Below, piece by piece: positions 17,231 to 27,516 of a DNA stretch of 64,000 nt (position 1 is its first letter; each line of letters opens with the position of its first letter). This DNA comes from an uncultured Candidatus Actinomarina sp. (GTDB lineage: Bacteria; Actinomycetota; Acidimicrobiia; Actinomarinales; Actinomarinaceae). The notes under the pieces were generated by a model. It did not search any database. It saw nothing but the letters and a program-made list of their open reading frames with translations, and was not told the DNA's origin. Location: positions 7,120 to 71,119 of the forward strand of contig CABXDM010000002.1 in the NCBI GenBank assembly GCA_902510965.1, read 5' to 3'. Made by a program: the position numbers and the translations under genes.

Positions 17231-18439
17231 TTTCTCAATCAATGCTGAGGGTGAATAAAGTTTATTGAACTTTTTGCTATCAAAATTATCAATTTCCGAG
17301 AAAAACTTATTTAGATCTTTTTTAAAAATATTTATATCTGTATTTTTTGTAATAATAAACAGGTTATCAAACTCATCTGAAATATGAATTACCGGATCAT
17401 CATTAATTTCAGCAAAGTGAATGACGGGTTTACCAGTTGCTATATATTCGATAACTTTACTGGGTATTTGATTTGGGTTTAAATTACCAATGGAAACGAG
17501 GCAGTGGAATGACTTAGTCATTAACTGTAGTGCTTCATCTCTCGCAACATGAGAATTAAAATTATGCTTGCTGCTGTCAAGTGTATTCTTTTGCAATATA
17601 CTCTCCGAATCTGAATTTATATACCAGTGCATTTCATAATTTTGAAATTTGTCTAGAAAATTAATAAAATTTACAGGCGTCCTGACCCCATGAGTGAAAA
17701 TACCAAAATATCCAAATTTTATATCATTATTTGTATAGTTATAGTTCTTGGTTTGTTCATATAAATGTTCTCGAAATTTGCTGATAGGCTGTCCCACAGC
17801 TGTAATAGAGGGGTTGATTTGAAACTCTTTTATATGAATTTTTCTAGCATCATCATGTGTAAATAAGACTTTAGAAGCTTGCTGGTAAAATTTCGTTTCA
17901 TAGTGTTTATTTAATCGTCCATATAGAAAACTATTGTTTTCAGGGGCTGTTGTTTTTAATGTAAAAGGGTCACCCACGTCCATAATCCAAGGCTTCCCCA
18001 TTTTTTTATTAATCAAATATCCAGCAATATGTGACGAGAAAGGCAAACTAACGGTAACAAGAACATCATATTCTAAATTTAATTTTTTTCTTACTTTAAA
18101 AACAGAAATGAGCCAAAACATTGTATAGTCGGGCCAAGCAAAATTTCTAATTACAAATCGGTAGACTTTTTTTAATAATTTAAAAATTATACTTTTAATT
18201 CTATTCTTTGAATCCAAACTATTAGATTGATTTCGTAAGCTAACAACAACATTACTTGCTCTTGAATTTCCTACAAAAATTGTCTCAATATTGCTGTCTT
18301 GACTGTGTTGTTTTGTGCCAGTTAGAACTGTCACCTCGTGACCTAGTGAAACCAGCTCATCAACTAAAAGCTTCCACCTAGTTGTTCTAGGACTTACGTG
18401 GGGTAAAAACTGATGAGTAACAATTAGGTACTTACTCAT
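17216..18439 (-). CDS. Glycosyltransferase family 4
   Basis: GHEVTVLT, WPD, PFSSH, DPF, IPSKVIEYIATGKP. Confidence 0.85.
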   Translation of the reverse strand: MSKYLIVTHQFLPHVSPRTTRWKLLVDELVSLGHEVTVLTGTKQHSQDSNIETIFVGNSRASNVVVSLRNQSNSLDSKNRIKSIIFKLLKKVYRFVIRNFAWPDYTMFWLISVFKVRKKLNLEYDVLVTVSLPFSSHIAGYLINKKMGKPWIMDVGDPFTLKTTAPENNSFLYGRLNKHYETKFYQQASKVLFTHDDARKIHIKEFQINPSITAVGQPISKFREHLYEQTKNYNYTNNDIKFGYFGIFTHGVRTPVNFINFLDKFQNYEMHWYINSDSESILQKNTLDSSKHNFNSHVARDEALQLMTKSFHCLVSIGNLNPNQIPSKVIEYIATGKPVIHFAEINDDPVIHISDEFDNLFIITKNTDINIFKKDLNKFFSEIDNFDSKKFNKLYSPSALIEKLDTF

Positions 18440-19817
18440 TTTTATGACTTTCTAGAATTATTAATCCAACAGATACACCTAATAGAGTGCTCAACTCCTC
18501 AGCTTGGAAGAAAAACATTAATAGAATCGAAAAAAGCTGAATCGCTAAATAATAATTAATAATTTCTGTATTTTTAAATAGGTAATACATGTATTTAAAC
18601 AATATAAATAAAAACCAGATGAGACCAATTAAGCCACTTGAAAAATAAATATTCGCATATAGGTTGTTAAAAGAAACAATCTGTCCTGGATTTCTAAATA
18701 CTATCTCTCCTGATTTAACTTGAGCTGTTTGTTTTTCAAAATTATAGGAGTAAATAATATTTGAACTTCCGAGACCATCGCCAAATAACTTTATATTTTC
18801 ATTAAGTATATGGTTTGTTAAATATGAAAAGTTTCCAAATCCATCTAGTCCTCCCCCAGCTATTAATGTAGCTCTAGAAAAAATACTTTCAGCGATGTTC
18901 TCTGAATTTTTAGCTTCATCTAAGGAGTCATCGTAAATACTACAGTCGCACTTATCTGCAGAGTTAGGCGGACACATGGAAGGATCTAAAGGAGGAAATT
19001 TAAAACTTATGTTATTGGCGATTAACGATACAAAAAGGATCATAATTATTGGATATACAAAATTTAATTCAAGTTTTTTAGTTTTAAGTAAGTAAACAAA
19101 CAATACTACAAGACATGCAACTAATACTGATATTACCCCAGTAAGACTTCTTGTAAGTATGAGTGATAATATTGGAAGTATTGATAAAAAATACCATTTA
19201 TTATTTTTTCTAGCTAAATAAAAGTTTAAAGGTATAAAAGGTACTGTCCATACTGCTAAAAAACTAGGTTCACGAAATGTTCCATAGTTTCTTAAAACTG
19301 AACAAGCTCTCTGGATAGGCTGGGACCAGCCCCCCGATCCAGCTCTGGTTCGATTAAAATCTGGAAAATCGAGAAAAAATGAGAAATATGAATACAGCGA
19401 CAAGACTGAAATGATAACTCCAATATAAGCAATATACTCAATGAGTTGATCTTTAGTAAAATACGAGGCCAGAAACTGTATTATCCACACGACAATAAAA
19501 AAACTTATAATTTTCGTAACTCTCAAACTGATGAATTGAGAATAAGTACTAGTAGCATATTGAGGCATTTCAAGATCAAAAGAAAAAGCTTTAATAATTG
19601 TTACAGTGACTACGTATAAAATCCAATATTTTAATGAACCAAAATTTAAAGAACTTAAATCAAAGTTAAAAACATAATATGCAGGAATTATTAGTAATAA
19701 TATGGATACGCCAAACCATGGAAATGGAACTGCAAATATAGAGAAAGCATCTAAGCCCTCTAGGAAAATACTAGAAAGTAGAATAGATAGAACTATATTT
19801 TGCTCTTTAATCTTCAA
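18432..19817 (-). CDS. Wzy/O-antigen ligase-like polytopic membrane protein
   Basis: About 10 TM; R.YGTFREPS, LTRS, GDGLGS, NNLY...SGLIG motifs. Confidence 0.75.
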   Translation of the reverse strand: MKIKEQNIVLSILLSSIFLEGLDAFSIFAVPFPWFGVSILLLIIPAYYVFNFDLSSLNFGSLKYWILYVVTVTIIKAFSFDLEMPQYATSTYSQFISLRVTKIISFFIVVWIIQFLASYFTKDQLIEYIAYIGVIISVLSLYSYFSFFLDFPDFNRTRAGSGGWSQPIQRACSVLRNYGTFREPSFLAVWTVPFIPLNFYLARKNNKWYFLSILPILSLILTRSLTGVISVLVACLVVLFVYLLKTKKLELNFVYPIIMILFVSLIANNISFKFPPLDPSMCPPNSADKCDCSIYDDSLDEAKNSENIAESIFSRATLIAGGGLDGFGNFSYLTNHILNENIKLFGDGLGSSNIIYSYNFEKQTAQVKSGEIVFRNPGQIVSFNNLYANIYFSSGLIGLIWFLFILFKYMYYLFKNTEIINYYLAIQLFSILLMFFFQAEELSTLLGVSVGLIILESHKNE

Positions 19818-21460
19818 CTAAATCTTTTATACCCTTCTGAAAATTTATTTTTGATACCACTAGTTTTTTCTCCCCAAGAGTCGTATGGTTGTAATCTTTG
19901 TAATTTTGAAAAGTCCTGAATTGAAAGTATTCCATCGTCTAGTTTTATTTCCCTATATATCTTACTTCCATTAAATTCAACTACCCCAAGAAAATTTTCC
20001 ATATTAAAAGTTAACACATTTCCATTAGTCATATTATTTATTTTGAAGCAATCAAATTCATCTTCTTTTTTAAACTTAATATTGAGATTAGGGCCCCAGT
20101 GATACTCTAAAGATTTAAATTTATTTCTAGTAGAAATATCATCTGTGTAGGTACCTGTTCCTGGATCTCTAGCTATCCACTTATTATCTGTAAAACATTC
20201 AATAGACAACTGATCATAATGTGAATGACCTCCTACTCCATTTTGTCCAACGGGTCCACATCTAATACTTAAATATTCAGAGTCATTCCTCCAAATAAAA
20301 ATCCCAAACTCTGGGTATGCGTATGATTGATAATCTTTTGAAAATAGTTTTATTTCTGGATGCTTCACATGTTTGTAGTCTTTTAAATTTGGAATTTCTT
20401 TTGACACTTCATTCATATTATTATTTTTATTAATAATTAAATTTTCATTAATTTCAAGACTTTCAATCAGTTTTATTAACCAAGTAAGCTTTAGCGGTTT
20501 TTCTTCTTCAAATGCAAAATAAAATATTCTTCCAGAATCATTATCACCAATTTGTGACAATTCACCATCAATAATTAACAATTCTAAAAATTTCTTATTT
20601 AGTAGAATTAATTTATCTATCACTGATGAAATATCTGAAGTTTGATCTAGATCTTGCATGGAAATTTTGCATAGTATCAATGCTTCAGTTACGAAAGCAG
20701 CGTAATGTGTAGAACCTTCAAAATTTGTTCCTTCTTCGTTAAACTGATTTGTTATTTCATTTTCTAATTCTGAAAGTACGAATTCAGTATCAATCACACT
20801 ATTTTTAGTTTCATAGTTAGCAAGAAAAAATAACATGGCTGAAAGTTCTATTAGGTAATGGTTTCCAACAACATTGCCCTCATTCTCTAGGTTATCTTTT
20901 ACATATTGATAATTCTGGGAAATATAAGCATCAAGTAATTCTTCACTATTGTCAAAAATTATAGATCTATTACTTTTATGAGCAAGAAACTGTCTGTGAA
21001 TTATTAGATTAATTAGGCGGATTGCAACATCCATGGGACTATTCCAGTAAATTAAGGGAAATTTATCTACTTTAACTACAAAAGCTTCGGAATCTAGTGC
21101 CTTCATAGCATCAATAGAGCTAATTAAATTCTGTTTTTGTAGGTGTTGCAACCTCGAAGCTTCGTAGGGCACTTTTACATCTGCAATATTGAAAAAGGCA
21201 GGCTTTAATTTTCTATTGGAGAAGTCGTAGCCTTTAAAAAAATCTGTACCGACAATCCAACTATTATTTACAGATTCTCCAAATATTTTCATATCAATAA
21301 GATTTAAATCTTGAGTTAAGTCTTTACCTATTGCCCCTAACAAGTCAAAAACTTGTGATTTATCTTTCCATTTTCCTTGATCAAAGTTATCAGGTATGAG
21401 TGGAGGTTTTTTAAAAAGATTATTAATTTCGTATTTAAATTTTCTTAAGTATCTTCTCAT
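19814..21460 (-). CDS. Heparinase II/III-like protein
   Basis: DVKVPYEASRLQH, MDVAIRLIN, GNHY, EGSTHY, IGDNDSGR, GGHSHYDQLS, DPGTGTYT. Confidence 0.85.
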   Translation of the reverse strand: MRRYLRKFKYEINNLFKKPPLIPDNFDQGKWKDKSQVFDLLGAIGKDLTQDLNLIDMKIFGESVNNSWIVGTDFFKGYDFSNRKLKPAFFNIADVKVPYEASRLQHLQKQNLISSIDAMKALDSEAFVVKVDKFPLIYWNSPMDVAIRLINLIIHRQFLAHKSNRSIIFDNSEELLDAYISQNYQYVKDNLENEGNVVGNHYLIELSAMLFFLANYETKNSVIDTEFVLSELENEITNQFNEEGTNFEGSTHYAAFVTEALILCKISMQDLDQTSDISSVIDKLILLNKKFLELLIIDGELSQIGDNDSGRIFYFAFEEEKPLKLTWLIKLIESLEINENLIINKNNNMNEVSKEIPNLKDYKHVKHPEIKLFSKDYQSYAYPEFGIFIWRNDSEYLSIRCGPVGQNGVGGHSHYDQLSIECFTDNKWIARDPGTGTYTDDISTRNKFKSLEYHWGPNLNIKFKKEDEFDCFKINNMTNGNVLTFNMENFLGVVEFNGSKIYREIKLDDGILSIQDFSKLQRLQPYDSWGEKTSGIKNKFSEGYKRFS

Positions 21461-22668
21461 TTGTAAGAATTCCTGAAACTATAAGATGTAAGAGCTGAAA
21501 TTGTTATTTGAGATAAGATGATAGAAACTACAGCTGAGTTTTGAAGAATTTGATTAGTAATAAAATAAATTGACAATGAAATCATTGAAGCTAAAAATAT
21601 AATTTTTGAAAGATTGATCTCAAAATTTAAGGCTCTTGCGAAAATTATATTTATTCTTGACCACACCATAAGAGGTAGACAAAACAAGATATAAGAAGTG
21701 TACTCAGCAACAGTTGAAAATTCATCACCTAAAAGGAGAACAAAGATGCTACTTGCAAAGTTCCTAAGGAAATAAAATGAAATTGGGATTATAAAAGATG
21801 CAAAGAATACTTTCTTCAATGTATTTCTTATATTCATAACTTCTTCTCTGGTCTTAACCTTAGAAAGTTGTGGAAAAAGTATATCTAGGCTTGCAGCTAC
21901 AAGTTGAAAAAGTATTTCAAGTATTCTTCGAGCCCAAGATAGTACACCTAGTAAGGGTCCCCCAAAAAATAAACCTAGTAAAACTATATCCAGCTCTGAA
22001 ACAAGAGCACTTGAAAAGGTTGTTAGCACCATTTTTTGTCCAGATTTTGATAGCTTATTTCTAACATCTTTCTTGTCATGATTTTTAGGATTTTTATAAT
22101 TATCACGTATTGAAAAATGTGCAACTCCAAAGAAAATAGCTAATACAAAAACTTGGTATACAATCACCCAGACTATTGGGTAGCCAGCCATGACTATAAC
22201 CCAGGCACCTATTCCGTATAGTATTGTCCGAATAGCAATTTGCTTTGAACTAGTAACAAAATCGCCATTGGCTTGATAAAATGCAAGTGCAACATGTATC
22301 AACTCATTAATTACAAAACCTATTAAAAATAATGAAGTCAAAGTAAAATCTCTTTTGAAAATTACAGTCAAAGGATAGAGGAATATAAAGGCAATTAGTA
22401 GGTTCCGTATGATTAAGAAATAGGAATTTGCAAAAACAAAATCTGAGATACTCTCATTTCGAGCCCTTAGTTTAGTTACTACTAAAGCTAAGGATAAAAC
22501 TAAAGCTGTCCCAATAAGAACTGCCAAACTTTTTGATGAAGCATACTCACCGTAAATAGATGGACCATATTCCCTGCTAATGATTGTGATTAACAGTAAA
22601 TTCACAATTAATAGTGATACTTGTGTGAAAGAAATATATACACTATTTTTTTTCCAATTGTTAATCAT
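21457..22668 (-). CDS. Wzx-type oligosaccharide flippase
   Basis: About 12 TM, SREYGPSIYGEY, DIVLLG, LFPQLS; ATGA overlap with the upstream stop gives start 22668. Confidence 0.85.
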   Translation of the reverse strand: MINNWKKNSVYISFTQVSLLIVNLLLITIISREYGPSIYGEYASSKSLAVLIGTALVLSLALVVTKLRARNESISDFVFANSYFLIIRNLLIAFIFLYPLTVIFKRDFTLTSLFLIGFVINELIHVALAFYQANGDFVTSSKQIAIRTILYGIGAWVIVMAGYPIVWVIVYQVFVLAIFFGVAHFSIRDNYKNPKNHDKKDVRNKLSKSGQKMVLTTFSSALVSELDIVLLGLFFGGPLLGVLSWARRILEILFQLVAASLDILFPQLSKVKTREEVMNIRNTLKKVFFASFIIPISFYFLRNFASSIFVLLLGDEFSTVAEYTSYILFCLPLMVWSRINIIFARALNFEINLSKIIFLASMISLSIYFITNQILQNSAVVSIILSQITISALTSYSFRNSYK

Positions 22669-24506
22669 TGAACTCTCCTTGAGGCATGCCATTGAGAGAG
22701 ATTAATTAAATACCATTTTTTTTGATAATCGGAACCATTTAGAACCTTATTAAGTTCATTGGTGTTGAATAAATTTACTTCTTCATTGAAACTTTTTACG
22801 GAATCGTAGAAGTAGTCAATATCTTTTTTGATCCATTCACCAATTGGTGCTCTGAATCCTTGTTTTGGCCGATCTATAATCTTATTTGGTATATGATTTC
22901 GAGCAATATTTTTTAATAATGGTTTTGTAGTTGATTTATTTAATAGTATTTTTTCTGGAACTGTAAGGACAAATTCAACTAATTTGTGATCAAGAAAAGG
23001 TACTCTAGTTTCGACTCCTGATTGCATAACTAGCTTGTCCATTCTCATTAATAGCAATTCAGGAAGACGAATATCTAAATCTACTAGTGTCATCCATTTA
23101 GATAATTCTGCATCAGATCTTGAGAAGTAGTCATCCCACTTGCTATCAACATAATGTAACGAAGATGGGTTCTCTGAAATGCCTCCATCAACAAGTCTAT
23201 TGATCTCTGATAAATTGAAACCTAAAGCTCCACCCGGAAAAGATGTTCGATTAAATATAATGTTTGATAACAAATTTAACCTATGGTTTGAAAATCCTGA
23301 AACTCTAGAATTATTTTTCATAATCGGCTTAATGAATCTATTAAGTTTTAGATATCTAAGCCAATGTTCGTAACCATAAAATAATTCATCAGCCCCTTCT
23401 CCAACTTGAACAACTGTAATTCCTTTCGACCTTGCAGATTTTCCAAGAAAATAAAGAGGAATGCCAACTTCGTCACCATTTAAATCATCTTGGTAGTTTG
23501 AGTAATTATTTAATAAAGTTTTAAAGTCTCTATATGCTATTTTTTCTTTAATTAACTCTATATCAATATTTGATGATGCGTATTCAGCCTCAGATACTTC
23601 CCCTTTGTAGCCATCAAAGTGTTCCTCATAATCGATATTAAAACCTTTCAATTTACTTTGACTACCTGCCTTCATGAGTTTCCCTATTAATGAGGAGTCC
23701 AATCCACCAGAAAGGAATAGTCCAACTTCAACATCACTTACTTTTCTATACTCCACTGATTCAATAAGTAGTCTTTCTAATTCGTCACTTGCATCACTCT
23801 CACTCATCTCGTAATCTATTTCAAAACTAAACGGATCCCAGTATTTATATGTTTTAATTTCACCACTTTTAGAAAAAGTAACATACTCTCCTGGTCTAAC
23901 TTTGGAAATATTTTTATTACCAGTACTACTTCCTGGGATACATAAATGTCTCATGTAAGTCATGTATGATTCTGTATCCGGAATGAATGGTATTAATTTC
24001 GAGGATTCAATAGTTTTCATTTCAGATCCGAAAACTATCCATTCTTTATATTTTGAAAAATATAAAGGTTTTATTCCAATCCTATCTCTAGCTAAAAATG
24101 TAGTTTTTTCAATTGAATCATATATAGCAAAAGCAAATTGCCCTCTGAGCTTATCTAGAATTTTTTCTTTGTAACATATAAACCCTTTTAGCAAAACCTC
24201 GGTGTCTCCAGATGTATGAAAGCTGTATCCTTTGTTTTCGAGTTCTTCTCTAATCTCTTTGTAATTGTAGATTTCTCCATTGAATACTATCCAATAACGA
24301 TTGTCGTCGGAATGAAATGGTTGGTTTGATCTATCCTCTATATCAATGATGGCTAATCTTGTATGGACCAATGAGACAGTTTCTGAAATGTGTTTTATTG
24401 AAGAGTTGTCTGGCCCTCTATGCTCTAGTGAGGTTTTAATATTATTGGCAATTTCTGGGTCAATTTTAGAATTATTAATGTTAATAATTCCACCTATTCC
24501 ACACAT
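22665..24506 (-). CDS. asnB: AsnB-type glutamine amidotransferase (probable sugar amidation)
   Basis: MCGIGG, HRGPD, RLAIID, FNGEIYN, RDRIGIKPLY, LSGGLDSS, GEGADELF, RVPFLD. Confidence 0.9.
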   Translation of the reverse strand: MCGIGGIININNSKIDPEIANNIKTSLEHRGPDNSSIKHISETVSLVHTRLAIIDIEDRSNQPFHSDDNRYWIVFNGEIYNYKEIREELENKGYSFHTSGDTEVLLKGFICYKEKILDKLRGQFAFAIYDSIEKTTFLARDRIGIKPLYFSKYKEWIVFGSEMKTIESSKLIPFIPDTESYMTYMRHLCIPGSSTGNKNISKVRPGEYVTFSKSGEIKTYKYWDPFSFEIDYEMSESDASDELERLLIESVEYRKVSDVEVGLFLSGGLDSSLIGKLMKAGSQSKLKGFNIDYEEHFDGYKGEVSEAEYASSNIDIELIKEKIAYRDFKTLLNNYSNYQDDLNGDEVGIPLYFLGKSARSKGITVVQVGEGADELFYGYEHWLRYLKLNRFIKPIMKNNSRVSGFSNHRLNLLSNIIFNRTSFPGGALGFNLSEINRLVDGGISENPSSLHYVDSKWDDYFSRSDAELSKWMTLVDLDIRLPELLLMRMDKLVMQSGVETRVPFLDHKLVEFVLTVPEKILLNKSTTKPLLKNIARNHIPNKIIDRPKQGFRAPIGEWIKKDIDYFYDSVKSFNEEVNLFNTNELNKVLNGSDYQKKWYLINLSQWHASRRVQ

Positions 24507-24575
24507 TTCTTTAACTCTACTGTTATATTTTTTATTTAAAGTACATTAATTTGAATAGTTTAAAGTAAATATTGT

Positions 24576-25193
24576 ATGAAAAAACTATTAGACATTACAA
24601 TAACCCTAATATTTTCTCCGGTTCTACTAGTAATTTACCCACTTATTTTGATGGTAATTTACATATCTGATGGTTCTCCTGGTTTATATAAACAACAAAG
24701 AGTGGGTGAAAATGGAAATTCATTTCTTTTGTATAAATTTAGAACAATGGATGCTTTATCTAGTGACGATGTACATCAAGAGCATTATGAAAAACTTTCA
24801 AAAAAAGAGACAATTGAACCTTCATTAACTCCAAGTAAACCTATAAGAATTGAAAATGATGATCGTATTACCAATATTGGTAATTTTCTCAGAAAAACGT
24901 CCTTAGATGAATTACCGAACCTTATTAATGTCTTACGAGGAGAAATGTCAATTGTGGGACCAAGGCCACTTGTAAAATATGAATCAGATCTGTACGGAGA
25001 TTATCAAAAAATAAGGAATACTGTAAAACCAGGTATTACAGGCTTAGCTCAAATACAAGGCCGGTTGGATCTAAGCTTGCAAGAAAGACTTTATTGGGAT
25101 TTAGAATATGTTGAAAGTAGATCCTTATTTGTGGATGTGAAAATTATATTTTTAACTTTTTATTATGTAGTTACCAGGAAAGGTGCAAGCTAA
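24576..25193 (+). CDS. Bacterial sugar (phosphoglycosyl) transferase, PglC/WcaJ C-terminal type
   Basis: KFRTM, DDRIT.IG.FLRKTSLDELP, GEMSIVGPRP, KPGITGLAQ. Confidence 0.93.
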   Translation: MKKLLDITITLIFSPVLLVIYPLILMVIYISDGSPGLYKQQRVGENGNSFLLYKFRTMDALSSDDVHQEHYEKLSKKETIEPSLTPSKPIRIENDDRITNIGNFLRKTSLDELPNLINVLRGEMSIVGPRPLVKYESDLYGDYQKIRNTVKPGITGLAQIQGRLDLSLQERLYWDLEYVESRSLFVDVKIIFLTFYYVVTRKGAS

Positions 25194-26362
25194 ATCAAGG
25201 TTAAATACTTTTTAACTATCTCTGATTTTTCGATCTGGTTCTTATTAATATTGCTTACATTTAACAATGTTTCAGATAAAAATTGTCTCGATGATAATTT
25301 TTCAAATGCATCTAAAAATGATTCCACTGAATCAGGTTCTATATTCACACCAAGGCTATATTTCTCTATAAACTTTGCAACAGCGGACTCCTTATTTGAA
25401 ATTGATAGCAAAACCTTATTCATTGAAAGATAGTCAAATGTTTTACCTGGAAATCCCTCAATAGTTATACGTTCATCAAGAGAAATTAAAGCTACGGGTA
25501 TGTCAGAGATTTTTTCTATTAATTCATTCCGTTCAATATGTTTATTAAGATTAATTTCAGCATTTACATACTTTTCAATATTTACGTACTCGGTCCCAGC
25601 ACCATAAATATCAAGCTCCCACTTAACATCATGTTCAATAGACATTTGAATGAACTTTTCTAAATTTTGTGGCTTACCAAGATTCCCTGCATAAAACATC
25701 TTTTTTAAATCTAGATTGGGATAATTCTCACTTAATGGATAAGGGGAAAAGTGCGTAATAACTTCAATATTTTTTTGTGACAAATCTCTATTTGTTATTA
25801 AATAATTACGAAGCTCAGGAGAATTGACAACTAAATTATTAGTATTCTTCATTGAATATGTATCTAGCTTTTTAAATATCCTCGTAAGTAACTTTGATTT
25901 AAATAGACTTAAGTTATTAGCTATCTCTGGATAAAGCTCCCAAACTGAATAGGTAACTTTAAGTTTTAATATTTTATAAACGAAAATACTTACTAAATTC
26001 ATTGTTGGCGGATAACTAAAAATAAAGATATGTTCGTAGGTTTTTCTTGCCTTGTATAAAAAACGTAGTGAGTAATAATGAAATCGCATCCACTGAAATA
26101 TCCTTCTAGATTCTTTAAAACTTCTTGTTTTTGAATTTACATGATAGATTTTTACGCCTTTGTATTCAGATTGTGAGTACTGCTTATCTATGATGGATAA
26201 ATTGTTTGGCTTTGACTTTTCAAAATTGTACTGTGGTGTGCTGGCTAGTATTTCTACTTTAATATTATTTTTATTAAATCCAGCTGCTAACTCAGCTACC
26301 AACATCCCAGTAGAAACATTATCGGGAGGTATTGTAAGAGAGTGGAATAGTATCCTTTTCAT
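25190..26362 (-). CDS. Glycosyltransferase family 4, WbuB-like
   Basis: PPD..STG, PQY, SYPP, WELYPE, YAGNLGKPQNL, FPGKTFDY. Confidence 0.85.
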   Translation of the reverse strand: MKRILFHSLTIPPDNVSTGMLVAELAAGFNKNNIKVEILASTPQYNFEKSKPNNLSIIDKQYSQSEYKGVKIYHVNSKTRSFKESRRIFQWMRFHYYSLRFLYKARKTYEHIFIFSYPPTMNLVSIFVYKILKLKVTYSVWELYPEIANNLSLFKSKLLTRIFKKLDTYSMKNTNNLVVNSPELRNYLITNRDLSQKNIEVITHFSPYPLSENYPNLDLKKMFYAGNLGKPQNLEKFIQMSIEHDVKWELDIYGAGTEYVNIEKYVNAEINLNKHIERNELIEKISDIPVALISLDERITIEGFPGKTFDYLSMNKVLLSISNKESAVAKFIEKYSLGVNIEPDSVESFLDAFEKLSSRQFLSETLLNVSNINKNQIEKSEIVKKYLTLI

Positions 26363-27516
26363 CCTTTAAGAGAATTACTTATATCAAATGGATAATCACT
26401 TGGCGCATGTTTTTTGAATGAATCTGTGTCTGAAAGATTAACTAAATCTTGTACAATTTTCTCAGAAGCTGTTCCATCTCCGAATGGTTGTTCCCAATTT
26501 GTATTTTTCAAACTTTCAACTTTAGAAATAAATGATTCATAGTCAGTATGTTTTTCAGATGGATCAAACTTAACTGAAGACTCAACATCATACACCTCTG
26601 GTCTTTCCGTTGAAAATCTTAATTGAATACTTGCTGTTCCCAATATACAAGCCTCTTCGACAACAGTGCCTGAATCTGACAATACATAATCTGATCTACC
26701 AAGTAAATGCATAAACTCAAGATAACCAATTGGATCACAGACATAAACATTTGAATTAAGATTCAAATTAAATTCCTTCATTTTCTTCTGAGTTGTGTAC
26801 CCCATTGGAAAAATCACATTTTTATCTGTTTTATTTATTAGATTTACTATTTCTTTTAAACTTGATTCCTCAAGTACATTCTCTCGACGGTGTACAGTTG
26901 CAAGAAGGAATTCATCCTTTTCTATTAATTTTGAAATTTCTTGAGATAGAAACTGATCTCCAGATTCAAATAAGTTTTTGTTTTCATTAATAATGTCAAC
27001 AATAGGATTTCCTGTAACTTTGATTATTTGTTCAGATATACCTTCTTTCAGACCTTGATTTTTGTATCCATCAAGGTATGCATATATCCTGTCAGATAAA
27101 TGATCTATTGTTGTTCTATATTTTTCCTCTGGCATTCTCCAGTCGTAAGACCTCATACATCCTTCAATATGAACAATTGGGATATTATGTTGAGCAACAG
27201 CAATTGAGCCCATAACTGTATTTGTATCCCCTAGAAATATTACGGCTTTATATTTATTTTTTTCTAAATGATTATATATATTCTTAATAACTGAACTGAC
27301 AATTGCTGCGTCGTTTCCTTTTTCAATTTCAAACTCTACGTTTGGCTTTGGAACATTTAATTGTTCAAAGAATACATCTTTCATATTTTCTGAATAGTGC
27401 TGGCCAGACCAAATAAAATCATATGTTAAATTGTTACTGCTCTCCAGTAGCTTGAGAATTTTACTAGCACGAATAACGTCAGGCCTAATACCTAAAATGA
27501 TAGCTATATCTTTCAT
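26359..27516 (-). CDS. Second UDP-N-acetylhexosamine 2-epimerase (WecB/FnlC/QnlB-like)
   Basis: GIRPD, SGQHY, GDTNT, HIEGCMRS..MPEE, TGNPIVD, HRREN, SDSGTVVEE, TERPE. Confidence 0.88.
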   Translation of the reverse strand: MKDIAIILGIRPDVIRASKILKLLESSNNLTYDFIWSGQHYSENMKDVFFEQLNVPKPNVEFEIEKGNDAAIVSSVIKNIYNHLEKNKYKAVIFLGDTNTVMGSIAVAQHNIPIVHIEGCMRSYDWRMPEEKYRTTIDHLSDRIYAYLDGYKNQGLKEGISEQIIKVTGNPIVDIINENKNLFESGDQFLSQEISKLIEKDEFLLATVHRRENVLEESSLKEIVNLINKTDKNVIFPMGYTTQKKMKEFNLNLNSNVYVCDPIGYLEFMHLLGRSDYVLSDSGTVVEEACILGTASIQLRFSTERPEVYDVESSVKFDPSEKHTDYESFISKVESLKNTNWEQPFGDGTASEKIVQDLVNLSDTDSFKKHAPSDYPFDISNSLKG

